DNA of 64,000 nucleotides from a virus (Duplodnaviria; Caudoviricetes): positions 139,625 through 203,624 of the IMG/VR virus record IMGVR_UViG_3300044856_000241; one strand, written 5' to 3'. The notes beneath the pieces were generated by a model that saw only the letters and a program-made list of their open reading frames with translations, was not told where the DNA came from and made no database searches. Below are positions 9,328 through 18,789 of the stretch, one piece after another; the first letter of the stretch is position 1, and each line of letters opens with the position of its first letter. Made by a program: the position numbers and the translations under genes.

Positions 9328-9825
9328 ATGAACGATTTAACAGGAACAATGAATGAAAATTTTGATATGCAGCAGTTAATGAATATCACAGGACAGATTG
9401 GTATGAATGTAAACAATATTAGCAAACAGGTTGGTATTGTAACAACTGCTGTTGCCAATATTCGCACAGATGTAAATCAGCTTACTGATCGCATGGATCA
9501 GCTTGAATTAAAAGAAGAAGTTACAACCGAACAGGCGGCGACAATTAATAGAACTATTCATAGAAGAGTATATGAAATTCTTGGTGATAATAAAGATGAT
9601 TTGGCAAAATATACGAAAATTTTTAGTCAACGTCTTTACACAGACGCAAGAAGAAACGCTGGACTTGGTAATACATATCACGCAACTAAGAAAGAAAACT
9701 TCCAAAGAGTGCTCGATTATGCAGAATCTTGGACTCCTTCTGGTGGAATTTTAAAATTAAAAGAAAGAGCCGATAGAATGGCTGAAGCTAGAAGAAAAGC
9801 AAAGGAACAAGGATACGACAAATAA
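9328..9825 (+). CDS. ORF6C-like phage regulatory protein
   Basis: coiled coil followed by YHATKKENFQRVLDYAESW. Confidence 0.55.
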   Translation: MNDLTGTMNENFDMQQLMNITGQIGMNVNNISKQVGIVTTAVANIRTDVNQLTDRMDQLELKEEVTTEQAATINRTIHRRVYEILGDNKDDLAKYTKIFSQRLYTDARRNAGLGNTYHATKKENFQRVLDYAESWTPSGGILKLKERADRMAEARRKAKEQGYDK

Positions 9826-10002
9826 TTTTATTTACATAATGCTTATGACACATATTTTGTGTCATAAGCAAATAATCTAATTTTCAATTCTATTAAATCT
9901 ATATAAACCCACTTTTTCATTGTAACTCATAACAACAGCACCTATATAAAGGAGTGAACGCTATGACAGAAAAATTATTAAACATCAAAGGAGAACTAAC
10001 TA

Positions 10003-10212
10003 TTGGAGACAAAAAACAAAACAGTAAAAATTGTATCAAGAAACCATAAATATGCAAATACATGGGGAGGAAGTATCTGGGAAGGTGATTTTTGCACATC
10101 TTCACCGCAAGAATGTACTGTAGATAAAATCATAAATGCTTGGAACTTTGATAAACAATGTAAGAAAAATTTGAAAAAACGAGCAATGACATATGGTTAT
10201 GATCTCAAATAG
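10003..10212 (+). CDS. hypothetical protein
   Basis: AAGGAG RBS, TTG start. Confidence 0.55.
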   Translation: METKNKTVKIVSRNHKYANTWGGSIWEGDFCTSSPQECTVDKIINAWNFDKQCKKNLKKRAMTYGYDLK

Positions 10213-10255
10213 ACAGAGAATGTATAAATATAAAGTATTTTAGGAGAACAAAATT

Positions 10256-10615
10256 ATGAAATATGTAGTAAAAGGCACCACAATGGAGATCAAACTGCCA
10301 CGAAGCATTGGATACAAAGGATATTCAGTTGAATGTACATACAAACCGGCAGATGAAGAAGATAAATATTGGTTATCCATGTGGCTAAAACGTTCTGATA
10401 TTGATGATAAATTCAAAATCGACAGTCAAGAAATTGATACTCAACTTATCTCCGGGACAAAAGAAAACATCAGAAACAACATTTGCTCTATTGTTGAGTA
10501 TGCTTGTAGATCAGGATTTTTTGCAGAATATATTCAGAGATTCAAATATACATATGAGTGCTTTGCAAAAGGCAATGAGATTCTGGAAAGTGAGCGTCTT
10601 GATGACAAAGACTGA
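10256..10615 (+). CDS. hypothetical protein
   Basis: AGGAG RBS. Confidence 0.7.
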   Translation: MKYVVKGTTMEIKLPRSIGYKGYSVECTYKPADEEDKYWLSMWLKRSDIDDKFKIDSQEIDTQLISGTKENIRNNICSIVEYACRSGFFAEYIQRFKYTYECFAKGNEILESERLDDKD

Positions 10616-11033
10616 TCAGAAATTCTTTCAGAAAGCCCGCCAGATAGCAAGTATATCAGATTTTAAAAAAATTCATGTTGGCTGTGTAGCCGTATACCAA
10701 GGAAATATTATTGGAATTGGATGTAATACAAACAAAACACATCCAATGCAGAAATATTACAATCGTTACCGTGTAGTTGATGATTCATATGAATACAACG
10801 ACACTCTTCTACCAAAACTTCATGCTGAGATGAATTGTCTCAACAGTATCCGTCATTTCGACATTAAATTCTCAAAAGTAAAATTATATATCTTCCGCTC
10901 CAGAACTACAAAGGCTCATGGTATGGCACGTCCGTGTCCATCATGTATGGCTGCTATCAAGGATATGGGTATCAGAAATGTGTATTACACCACGGATGAT
11001 GGCTTCGCGTATGAAAGTGTAGGTGTTTCATAA
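10602..11033 (+). CDS. zinc-dependent cytidine/dCMP deaminase family protein
   Basis: HAE and PCPSC motifs; start trimmed to MTKTDQ. Confidence 0.85.
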   Translation: MTKTDQKFFQKARQIASISDFKKIHVGCVAVYQGNIIGIGCNTNKTHPMQKYYNRYRVVDDSYEYNDTLLPKLHAEMNCLNSIRHFDIKFSKVKLYIFRSRTTKAHGMARPCPSCMAAIKDMGIRNVYYTTDDGFAYESVGVS

Positions 11034-11257
11034 TGTGTGAATACTGTTTGATGATCGGTGGAAAACATGATTGCCGGTGTCCAAACGCTCCAGATATAGT
11101 GTCAGATAAAACCTGTGGTTCTTGCGGTCTGGAGATAATGCCGTGGGAAGAATATGTCGAGAATGATGATGGAGAATATATACATATAGAATGTGTTGAC
11201 GGAATTTATGATCTATTGGATTGGTTGGGATATGAAGTTAAGACTGATACGGATTAA
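11033..11257 (+). CDS. small Cys-rich zinc-finger protein
   Basis: CxxC, HxxxC, CxxC, HxxC. Confidence 0.7.
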   Translation: MCEYCLMIGGKHDCRCPNAPDIVSDKTCGSCGLEIMPWEEYVENDDGEYIHIECVDGIYDLLDWLGYEVKTDTD

Positions 11258-11281
11258 TAAGAATTAAATACGGAGGCAATT

Positions 11282-11677
11282 ATGAATATTGTGAAATTCA
11301 AATGGAATTTTGAAAACTTGACACTGGATGATTTTGGATTAGACCCGGAATTAAATATGCTATCCGCTCCTACTTGTGATTGTGGGTGTGGTGAGAAAGC
11401 AAAAGTTTGCCTGGAAAACAGAGAGGATATTTTTGAATTCTGCTGTGGAATGTTATGTGAAATGGACTGTGGATGGTGTGCTATTTTTGCTATCGATCAG
11501 GATAATAAAATGATTGGCGTTATCAAGGACGGTGAAGAATTCAAAAGTATTGGAACAAAGGAACCGATTGATGATGATTATGACATGATTGGTGATTTGT
11601 TTTACGGGATGGAGTTACATATGTATGGATTGATTGTCAGTGCCGGTGACGGTCTGTATAAGATTGTGGAGGAATAA
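11282..11677 (+). CDS. acidic Cys-rich hypothetical protein
   Basis: GGAGG RBS; CDCGCG. Confidence 0.7.
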   Translation: MNIVKFKWNFENLTLDDFGLDPELNMLSAPTCDCGCGEKAKVCLENREDIFEFCCGMLCEMDCGWCAIFAIDQDNKMIGVIKDGEEFKSIGTKEPIDDDYDMIGDLFYGMELHMYGLIVSAGDGLYKIVEE

Positions 11678-11752
11678 AGCTCGTATTAAAATTCGTAATT
11701 CTCCACGGAGAATACGTATATATAGATAAAATTTATTTTAGGAGGACACTAT

Positions 11753-13198
11753 ATGGCAAATTATGAACCAGAGTTAATGTACGCATTGGATTCTAAAAGT
11801 GAATATGCCGATTGGAAGAATGTTTACAATGTTAGTGGCAGTGACGTACTATATTGTCCTATTTGCTTAGGAAGAGTGAAACTTTGGAATGGACAAGACC
11901 CAGAAAGAACTTATAAGAAGCAAAAATGTTTTCATCATATTGATGGAATGTGTTCACAAGAAAGTCGAATCCACTTTGCTTACAAAACATGGTTACTTAA
12001 AGCTGGGAGTAAAATCAAAGTTGGTGAAAAGACATATGAGGTAGTAAATGCAGAAATTGAGAAAACTTTGCATACTTCATATGGAGACTATAGACCAGAC
12101 ATTATTATTGATACTTCAGACAATAAAAAATTTTTTGTAGAAATCGCTCACACAAATAAGAAAACTGAAGACTATGTTTTGAAATGGGACAAACTTGGTT
12201 GTACTGTACTCGAATTAGATGTCAATGAACAACTACTTACAGCAAAAATCGACGGAGTGCCAGAATTTAAAGTAATCTACTCTTCTATTACTGGAGAATG
12301 TTATATTAAGCAGTACATTCATTCTGAATATGATGACATGATTACAGAAAGAAAAGTGTTCTGGAAACGTAATGAGTTAATGAATTATAAATTGCAATGG
12401 GAAAAGCTTGATCAGTTTTGGAGGAAGCTTCAAATTTTTTACTCTGGTAAATCGGACATTAACCCTGTTGTTGATGCTTTTAAAGAAATGGAACCGTCTG
12501 ATCAGCGTTTTGTTTGTAATAAAATGCGTGGAAAACATTCTATTGTAAAATATGAACTCGAAAATAATTATACAGACGTAAAAGATATTGAAAAAAGCCA
12601 TTTGCAGCATATCAGTAGAATAATTCGGAAACTCAACAAAGAATTTGGTTATAGTAGTTGCAATCCACTGGATGATACTTATATATTCAGAAAAAATCGA
12701 CATGTAATATTTAAAGATTCTGTTGATTGGGAAAAGCGTTCACATATGTATGTTGATGATGATGTGACAGAAAAAGATATATATGAACATTTTCATCCAA
12801 TTATGGAGAAGTATTATCAGGAACACACCGTTCCTTTAAGAGAACGACTAAAAAATGAAGAACTAGAACGTAATAAAATTAAATGTTATATAAATTCTCA
12901 AATTGTTCCCCAATTAGAGAAGGTTAAAAATAGTATAAATAACTGTCCAAACAATATGTGGAAGATGTCTTATTTTGTAGACGAATACTATTTAGATTGC
13001 GAAATTGAATTATACTTATTAGACGAATGGTATAAACGTTTATATATTTCAAAAGAAGAAATGTGTGAAGAAACTTATGACATTCGGAAAGTAGTAACTA
13101 ATGAAATGAATAGAATGATCGAATTAGGTAAAAGAGGCTCTGACCCAGATTATCCTAGAATCTACTATACAGATATCAGAATTATGGAGGACAGATAA
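11753..13198 (+). CDS. CoiA-like PD-(D/E)xK nuclease with N-terminal zinc finger
   Basis: YCPIC...FHH...C, ESRIH, YRPDI...FVEI. Confidence 0.75.
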   Translation: MANYEPELMYALDSKSEYADWKNVYNVSGSDVLYCPICLGRVKLWNGQDPERTYKKQKCFHHIDGMCSQESRIHFAYKTWLLKAGSKIKVGEKTYEVVNAEIEKTLHTSYGDYRPDIIIDTSDNKKFFVEIAHTNKKTEDYVLKWDKLGCTVLELDVNEQLLTAKIDGVPEFKVIYSSITGECYIKQYIHSEYDDMITERKVFWKRNELMNYKLQWEKLDQFWRKLQIFYSGKSDINPVVDAFKEMEPSDQRFVCNKMRGKHSIVKYELENNYTDVKDIEKSHLQHISRIIRKLNKEFGYSSCNPLDDTYIFRKNRHVIFKDSVDWEKRSHMYVDDDVTEKDIYEHFHPIMEKYYQEHTVPLRERLKNEELERNKIKCYINSQIVPQLEKVKNSINNCPNNMWKMSYFVDEYYLDCEIELYLLDEWYKRLYISKEEMCEETYDIRKVVTNEMNRMIELGKRGSDPDYPRIYYTDIRIMEDR

Positions 13199-13199
13199 T

Positions 13200-16070
13200 A
13201 TGATTAAAAATACAGGTGTATACATTCCAAGTATTGATGCGAAGGACATTTATTTGTCCTCACATTATCAAAATAAAAATGCGGAAGGTTATAGTTTAAA
13301 ATTAAAAGATGGGAAATATAATCTTCGGAAATTTATAAACACATTTGATTTTAGTCTGGATATAATTGAAATAAGAGAGATATATTTTAAGAAATTCAGA
13401 AAACACGATTTTCAGTTTAGAGTGAAACGACATGACTATTGTGCGAATATCATCAATGTTACTTTTAAATATTCTGTAAAAGAATGGAACCAGATGAATA
13501 AAAATACTTTCGTAAAGTTTGGCTATGATTATAGAGAGTTGGTATTTGATGATGGAATTGCTAAGAATCAAGATGGAGAAATTGTTGGTATTAAAATTAA
13601 TGAAAAAATTGACATTCCTCTTGCTACTCTCCCGTCTCCTTTCGTAAAAAAAGAAGTTCAGATTTTTGATAAAAAAGATAAAAGTTTATTAAAAGAGGTT
13701 CAGATCCAGTATGATAAAAAAGGAGAACCTAAGACACTAAAAACAAATGCAGAACTTCGTAAGGAATTATATAAAACTGGATTTGTGTGTGACGGCTTTA
13801 AATTCTGTCGTATGAAAAGATCGGCAGGATCTGCAAGGGTTGGAAAATGTTTATTCGTTAGAGAAGAATTAGCAGAACCAATGCTTTCTTTTAGTTCGGG
13901 TGGAATAAAATATGAATATGGAGACCCTATTGATTTAGCCGGTTATGAAAGTTATATTTCTCTTACCTCTAGTAGCATTATTGGATTATTACCAATTAAA
14001 CCAGAGAATATATTGTTAATTGATGATTATGACAGTATTTTTAACGAAGACGTTGTTGAAACACATGATGAAAATAAATGGTTAGTAACAACAGAGAAAA
14101 ATTGTACAATTTCAAATACGATTTGGGATGGTCAGTCATTAATGGACGTATCATTGTTTGGCGAGTACTCTGAATATGGTATGGTTTTACTTCGGAACCT
14201 TATGTTTAAATCATGTTGTTTTAATTGTAATATCCAGCAATGGTTCAAAGATAATGGAATTACAGATATATCTCAGCTAAATGGTAAGACACGCGCAACA
14301 AAAATTGAAGATGTGAAGCTTATCACCACGTCGAACAGTATTAAATATCTAAAATTCAGTAATTTTAATGAATGGCTTGATTATTTGTATCCGAATTTCG
14401 GCGTTGTAAAACATGACAAGAAAACTCATTTCTTCGGCGGTCGTTTGGTGCAAACTCATTACCAGTTGCTTAACACTTTGCAAATGACTCAAGATGAAGT
14501 TGCGGAATTTTTGCAGGAATCATTAAAATTTGCTCAAATGCTTAGAGATAAACCAGAAGTGGTTCGTCATTACATTAAATATCCAGACGTTGATGAAATG
14601 GACCCGCTGAGTAGACCGATGAATAGTAAAAGTGATGTTGTTTACAATTTATTGTGTATCAATGATGATTTTGTTAAAACTAAGTATTATCAGGAATTTT
14701 TACATGATCTTTTAGCTTCCTACTATAAAAATTTAAAGAACGGACATGTCTATGTGAATGGCAATTATTCTACTCTCTTAGGAAACCCGATTGAGATGTT
14801 ACAGCAGTCTATTGGAAAATTTAATGGAGAAAGCCAGATTGGAATTGGTAATATTCATAGTACACGCTTTAGATATAATCAGACACTTCTAGGAAGTCGT
14901 TCTCCTCATGTTACAATTGGTAATATTTGGCTTCCATATAATACCGAAAATGAAATGATTGATCGTTATGTTAATGCAACAAACGAGATTGTTTGTATCA
15001 ATTCAATTGGCGAAAATGTTTTACAAAGACTTTCTGGTGCAGATTTCGATAGCGATACTGTAATGCTTACAGATAACAAATATCTTATCACTGCGGCGCA
15101 GAAAAACTATCATGTATTCAAAACACCAACTGCTTGTGTTGGTTCATATAAAGTGGAAAGATATTATACACCAGAACAACAGGCAGATCTTGATATTGTT
15201 ACATCTGTAAATAAAATTGGAGAAATTGTAAATTTATCACAAGAGTTAAACTCTTTGCTTTGGGATAGTATATATCACGGTGCGACCTATGATGATATTA
15301 AAGATTTATATTATGATATTTGTCAGTTAGATGTAATGTCTGGGATAGAAATTGATAAAGCAAAAAAAGAATTTGACATCGATAATAAAAAAGAATTGGA
15401 CAAACTTCGTAAAAAGTATGATGAATTTGTAAGGGAATATGAAACAGATGAAGATGGAAATACAATTAGAGGAAAAAAGAAAATGCCGCATTTCTTCTCT
15501 CATATCTCCAAGCAGAAAGGTTATTACAATCCTGATAAAAAACATTATTGCAAATATCATACAACAATGGATTACTTGCAGACTGTTGTTAATGGATTTC
15601 GAATTAAAAATCCATATAAAAAAGATTGGCAGCCGTTTGTATCAATTTTAGACAGTACATTTTTCAGAACATCTAGTGTTAATCAGAAGCAGATCAATAA
15701 AATTTATAGTATTTTGAAAAGATATATTAATGATAGAAAAAATATTTATGCTTCTGAAACTGATACAAAAGAAGAACGAGCGATACGAGTATTAAAATTA
15801 AAAGAAGATTTAATATCTGATATTGAATCTGAAACAATAGGCTTTTCTACATTGTATCGTTTATTATCATCTCTTGAAGACAAAGAAAATACAAAAATCA
15901 AAAATCTTCTTATGGAAATCTTATCCCTTTGTGGAAATGAAAGTTTCAACAAAGCAATTCTTCAATCCAAAAAATCAATTAAACAAATTGAAGAGGACGG
16001 AAAAGACATTGAGATGTTCGGAATCGGATATAAAATTGCAGAAAAACAAAGAAATTCGGCGTTGAAGTAG
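13200..16070 (+). CDS. yonO: YonO-like single-subunit (two-barrel, RdRP-related) DNA-dependent RNA polymerase
   Basis: RSAGSARVGKCLF, DGQSL, RSPH, catalytic RLSGADFDSD, EIDKAKK; SPbeta-like synteny with HU-, YonK- and YonJ-like genes. Confidence 0.9.
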   Translation: MIKNTGVYIPSIDAKDIYLSSHYQNKNAEGYSLKLKDGKYNLRKFINTFDFSLDIIEIREIYFKKFRKHDFQFRVKRHDYCANIINVTFKYSVKEWNQMNKNTFVKFGYDYRELVFDDGIAKNQDGEIVGIKINEKIDIPLATLPSPFVKKEVQIFDKKDKSLLKEVQIQYDKKGEPKTLKTNAELRKELYKTGFVCDGFKFCRMKRSAGSARVGKCLFVREELAEPMLSFSSGGIKYEYGDPIDLAGYESYISLTSSSIIGLLPIKPENILLIDDYDSIFNEDVVETHDENKWLVTTEKNCTISNTIWDGQSLMDVSLFGEYSEYGMVLLRNLMFKSCCFNCNIQQWFKDNGITDISQLNGKTRATKIEDVKLITTSNSIKYLKFSNFNEWLDYLYPNFGVVKHDKKTHFFGGRLVQTHYQLLNTLQMTQDEVAEFLQESLKFAQMLRDKPEVVRHYIKYPDVDEMDPLSRPMNSKSDVVYNLLCINDDFVKTKYYQEFLHDLLASYYKNLKNGHVYVNGNYSTLLGNPIEMLQQSIGKFNGESQIGIGNIHSTRFRYNQTLLGSRSPHVTIGNIWLPYNTENEMIDRYVNATNEIVCINSIGENVLQRLSGADFDSDTVMLTDNKYLITAAQKNYHVFKTPTACVGSYKVERYYTPEQQADLDIVTSVNKIGEIVNLSQELNSLLWDSIYHGATYDDIKDLYYDICQLDVMSGIEIDKAKKEFDIDNKKELDKLRKKYDEFVREYETDEDGNTIRGKKKMPHFFSHISKQKGYYNPDKKHYCKYHTTMDYLQTVVNGFRIKNPYKKDWQPFVSILDSTFFRTSSVNQKQINKIYSILKRYINDRKNIYASETDTKEERAIRVLKLKEDLISDIESETIGFSTLYRLLSSLEDKENTKIKNLLMEILSLCGNESFNKAILQSKKSIKQIEEDGKDIEMFGIGYKIAEKQRNSALK

Positions 16071-16191
16071 CTCTTAGATTACGGGTTTCGTGACCAAATT
16101 TATTTTACATAGGAGAGGGTGGTTTTCATCTATTATTTTACTGACTACTACCCTACTCTTATTGTGAATTTCGGAGAAGGAGTGATTTACA

Positions 16192-16512
16192 ATACACGAT
16201 AAAACATATTATAACCAACAATTTGTTATAAATCAAATTCAAAATGATACTGGCTGCTCCGCAAGAGATGTGAATAAAATATTGTCATCTCTTCGAAATG
16301 TGGTAAAGGATAAACTTAGTGATGGGGAAAATGTTGAACTAAAATTATTTCCTGGACTAAAGGTAACTTCAAAGTATATACCATCTGAGCAGTCAAATCT
16401 TAATCTTTGTAATAACGGTACTATTACTTCTGACTATCTATTATATCTTAATGGCGAATTCAGCCACAGGTTCAAAGAAGAAATAAAACAATTACATAAA
16501 CAGAAAGTATAA
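16192..16512 (+). CDS. HU/IHF-like DNA-binding protein (probable ATA start)
   Basis: GGAGTGA RBS; IQNDTGCSARDVNKILSSL...VELKLFPGLKV HU-like pattern. Confidence 0.6.
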   Translation: MHDKTYYNQQFVINQIQNDTGCSARDVNKILSSLRNVVKDKLSDGENVELKLFPGLKVTSKYIPSEQSNLNLCNNGTITSDYLLYLNGEFSHRFKEEIKQLHKQKV

Positions 16513-16645
16513 TCTAATTTTGGATTTTTTCTATCATACCTCCATATGATTTTCATATGATACTCTCCTCTTCTTTTGTCAGTGACTGCACTGCAGTTCT
16601 TGTGGTGTGGTTACTGATATCAGTGTAGAGAGAATAAAATATTAC

Positions 16646-16721
16646 AGCGGAATGACGAGCAATTTGGAAGCTCACCTGTCTCATAATCAGGAGTATGTGG
16701 GATCGTGCCCCACTTCCGCTA
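16646..16721 (+). tRNA. atypical tRNA with CAT anticodon (Met or Ile2)
   Basis: AGCGGAA/TTCCGCT acceptor stem, CTCATAA loop, T-loop ATCGTGC. Confidence 0.7.
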
Positions 16722-16778
16722 TTTTCCTGTATTTACAGGCGGCTGATTTCGGGTCGTTAAATAAGCGTAGTGATACGT

Positions 16779-17060
16779 GTGAGTTACCACAAACTATATA
16801 AGTTTGCGGTTTCTGTTAAATAGCTCACCAGACTAAGTTGTTAGAAATGGCAACTACGATATTTAGGTCATGATACCCTCGGTTGACGCAACAGACCGTC
16901 GCTCTATCATACATATTTAAGTTAGGTCAGAGTAAGAACAGCCTTGTGATATGTATGCGAAAAGCTTTTATATCATTGTCGAGTTGAAGTCGGAACAGCT
17001 GTGTGGTAACAGTACAGCAAAGTACGCATCACCTGCCATTTGGTAGAGTATTTATAAGGA
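16779..17060 (+). ncRNA. omegaRNA (HEARO-like) scaffold
   Basis: GTGAGTTACC...AGCTCACCAGACTAAG...CTACG...CATTGTCGAG directly upstream of the PLMP ORF. Confidence 0.8.
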
Positions 17061-18341
17061 GGAACTTATTTATGGTTTATGTGATTTCACAAGATAGTAA
17101 ACCATTAATGCCCTGCAGTAATCCAATTGCAAGATTATTACTTAATCAAGGCAAAGCAAAAGTTAAGAGACGTGAGCCATTCACAATTAAATTGATTTAT
17201 GAAACAACAGATTACACTCAAGACTTAACTCTTGGTGTAGATACTGGAAGCGGAACTATTGGTACTGCTGTAAGTAAAGACAATGGAGATATCGTCTATA
17301 TGTCAGAAATTGCTGTAAGAAACGACATTACTGACAAAATGACACGAAGAGCAAAGTATCGCAGGAATAGACGAAATCGTAAAACTCGTTACAGGAAAGT
17401 AAGATGGCTTAATCGTGCTAATTCTATACGAACCGATAGGTTTAGTCCTACAATGCAGAGCAAACTTCACAGCCATGTAAAGGAGATAGAATACATTAAG
17501 TCTATTCTTCCGATCACAACAATGGCGTTTGAAGCAGGACAGTTTGACACGCACTTAATGAAAAATCCAATCTTGCTAACCCAAAAGTGAGACTATGGGG
17601 ATACCAAAAAGGTGCTAATTATGGATTTGAAAATACTAAAGCAATGGTACTTAACAGAGATAATTACACCTGTCAGTGTTGTAAGGGTAAACACAAAGAC
17701 AGTAAGCTGGAAGTGCATCACATAGTATTTCGTAGTCAATGTGGCTCTGATGAAGCGAGCAATCTTATTACTCTGTGTCATACCTGTCACAAAGACTTGC
17801 ATAGTGGAAAGATTAATTTTAAATTGAAAGGCAAATTGAAAGGCAATCTTAAATATGCTACACAAATGAACTCTATCCGTAAACAGCTTTTCAAATTATA
17901 TCCAGATGCTATTGAAACTTTCGGATATGTAACAAAAGTAAACCGTTTGCATTTAGGCGTAGCCAAAGAACATTATTATGATGCCTGTGTGATTGCAACA
18001 CAAGGCAGTATATTTACCGTAAAATCTAATCTTTACAAAAAGAAATGTGTTTCTGATGGTGATTTTCAAAAGACTAAAGGTATTCGTTCTGAACAACCTA
18101 TTGTTACAAATAAAATTTGTGGCTTTAGAAAATTTGATAAGGTTCGATATTTTGGGAATGATTACTTTATCAAAGGAAGAATGTCTACTGGATACACAAT
18201 TCTTATGGATATTGACGGTAACAAAGTTGACTTTTCGGAGATGCCTAAGGGTTACAAAACACCAAAAATGATAAATTTAAAAAGAGTGAAAGCTCGTTCC
18301 TCATGGATGGTCACGACGATAACAACTGTCCAAAATATAGT
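16779..18341 (+). mobile_element. non-autonomous IS200/IS605-family IscB (OMEGA) element
   Basis: omegaRNA plus iscB; followed by ATGAA; no tnpA. Confidence 0.85.
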
Positions 18342-18345
18342 ATGA
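17072..18345 (+). pseudogene. iscB: IscB RNA-guided nuclease with a 1-nt deletion frameshift near 17570
   Basis: PLMP, GVDTG, RRxRR helix, HNH (HHIVFRS...NLITLCHTCH) and HYYDA, split over two frames. Confidence 0.9.
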
Positions 18346-18459
18346 AAATACATGCTGTACTTGTGGAAAATATAGAAAGAAAATTTTAAAATTAAATAAA
18401 CAAGCTTATAGTATTAATATTTTGAAAAGTCTCATGCTCTGGCATGGGATTTTTTATTT

Positions 18460-18534
18460 TGGCTAATAGCTCAGTCCGGTTAGAGCACATGTTTGTTAAA
18501 CATGGGGTCGTAGGTTCGAAGCCTACTTAGCCAG
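18460..18534 (+). tRNA. tRNA-Asn(GTT)
   Basis: cloverleaf; CATGT-TTGTTAA-ACATG; GGTTCGAAG. Confidence 0.9.
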
Positions 18535-18580
18535 TTACTCTCCCGCCGTGCGGGAAATTTTAATGAAATGGATGTGAATT

Positions 18581-18760
18581 ATTATTTTATCTATCAATAG
18601 AAAAGAACGCGATGAGTTACTTAAAATGGGGGTTAGATTAGGTTCTGGCGGAATCAGTTGTACTCATAGTAGACATTCCGGAATTTCATATTTTCTTTGC
18701 GAATCCGAGTGGAATGTTTGTAAATTGGAGAAAATTCGTGATCGCGTGAAAATTAAATAA
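18581..18760 (+). CDS. about 59-aa basic protein with ATT start (not in ORF track)
   Basis: open frame IILSINRKERDELLKMGV...KIK; GGATGTGA upstream. Confidence 0.5.
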   Translation: MILSINRKERDELLKMGVRLGSGGISCTHSRHSGISYFLCESEWNVCKLEKIRDRVKIK

Positions 18761-18789
18761 AAAATACATAATGAAAGGTGGTTTCACCC

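Noticed and set aside
16738-16778. Pistol ribozyme-like hairpin followed by TAAATA
   Set aside because: The pseudoknot partner and P3 elements were not found, even after removing the IscB element
16607-16801. 64-aa ORF
   Set aside because: Overlaps the tRNA and the omegaRNA start; no RBS
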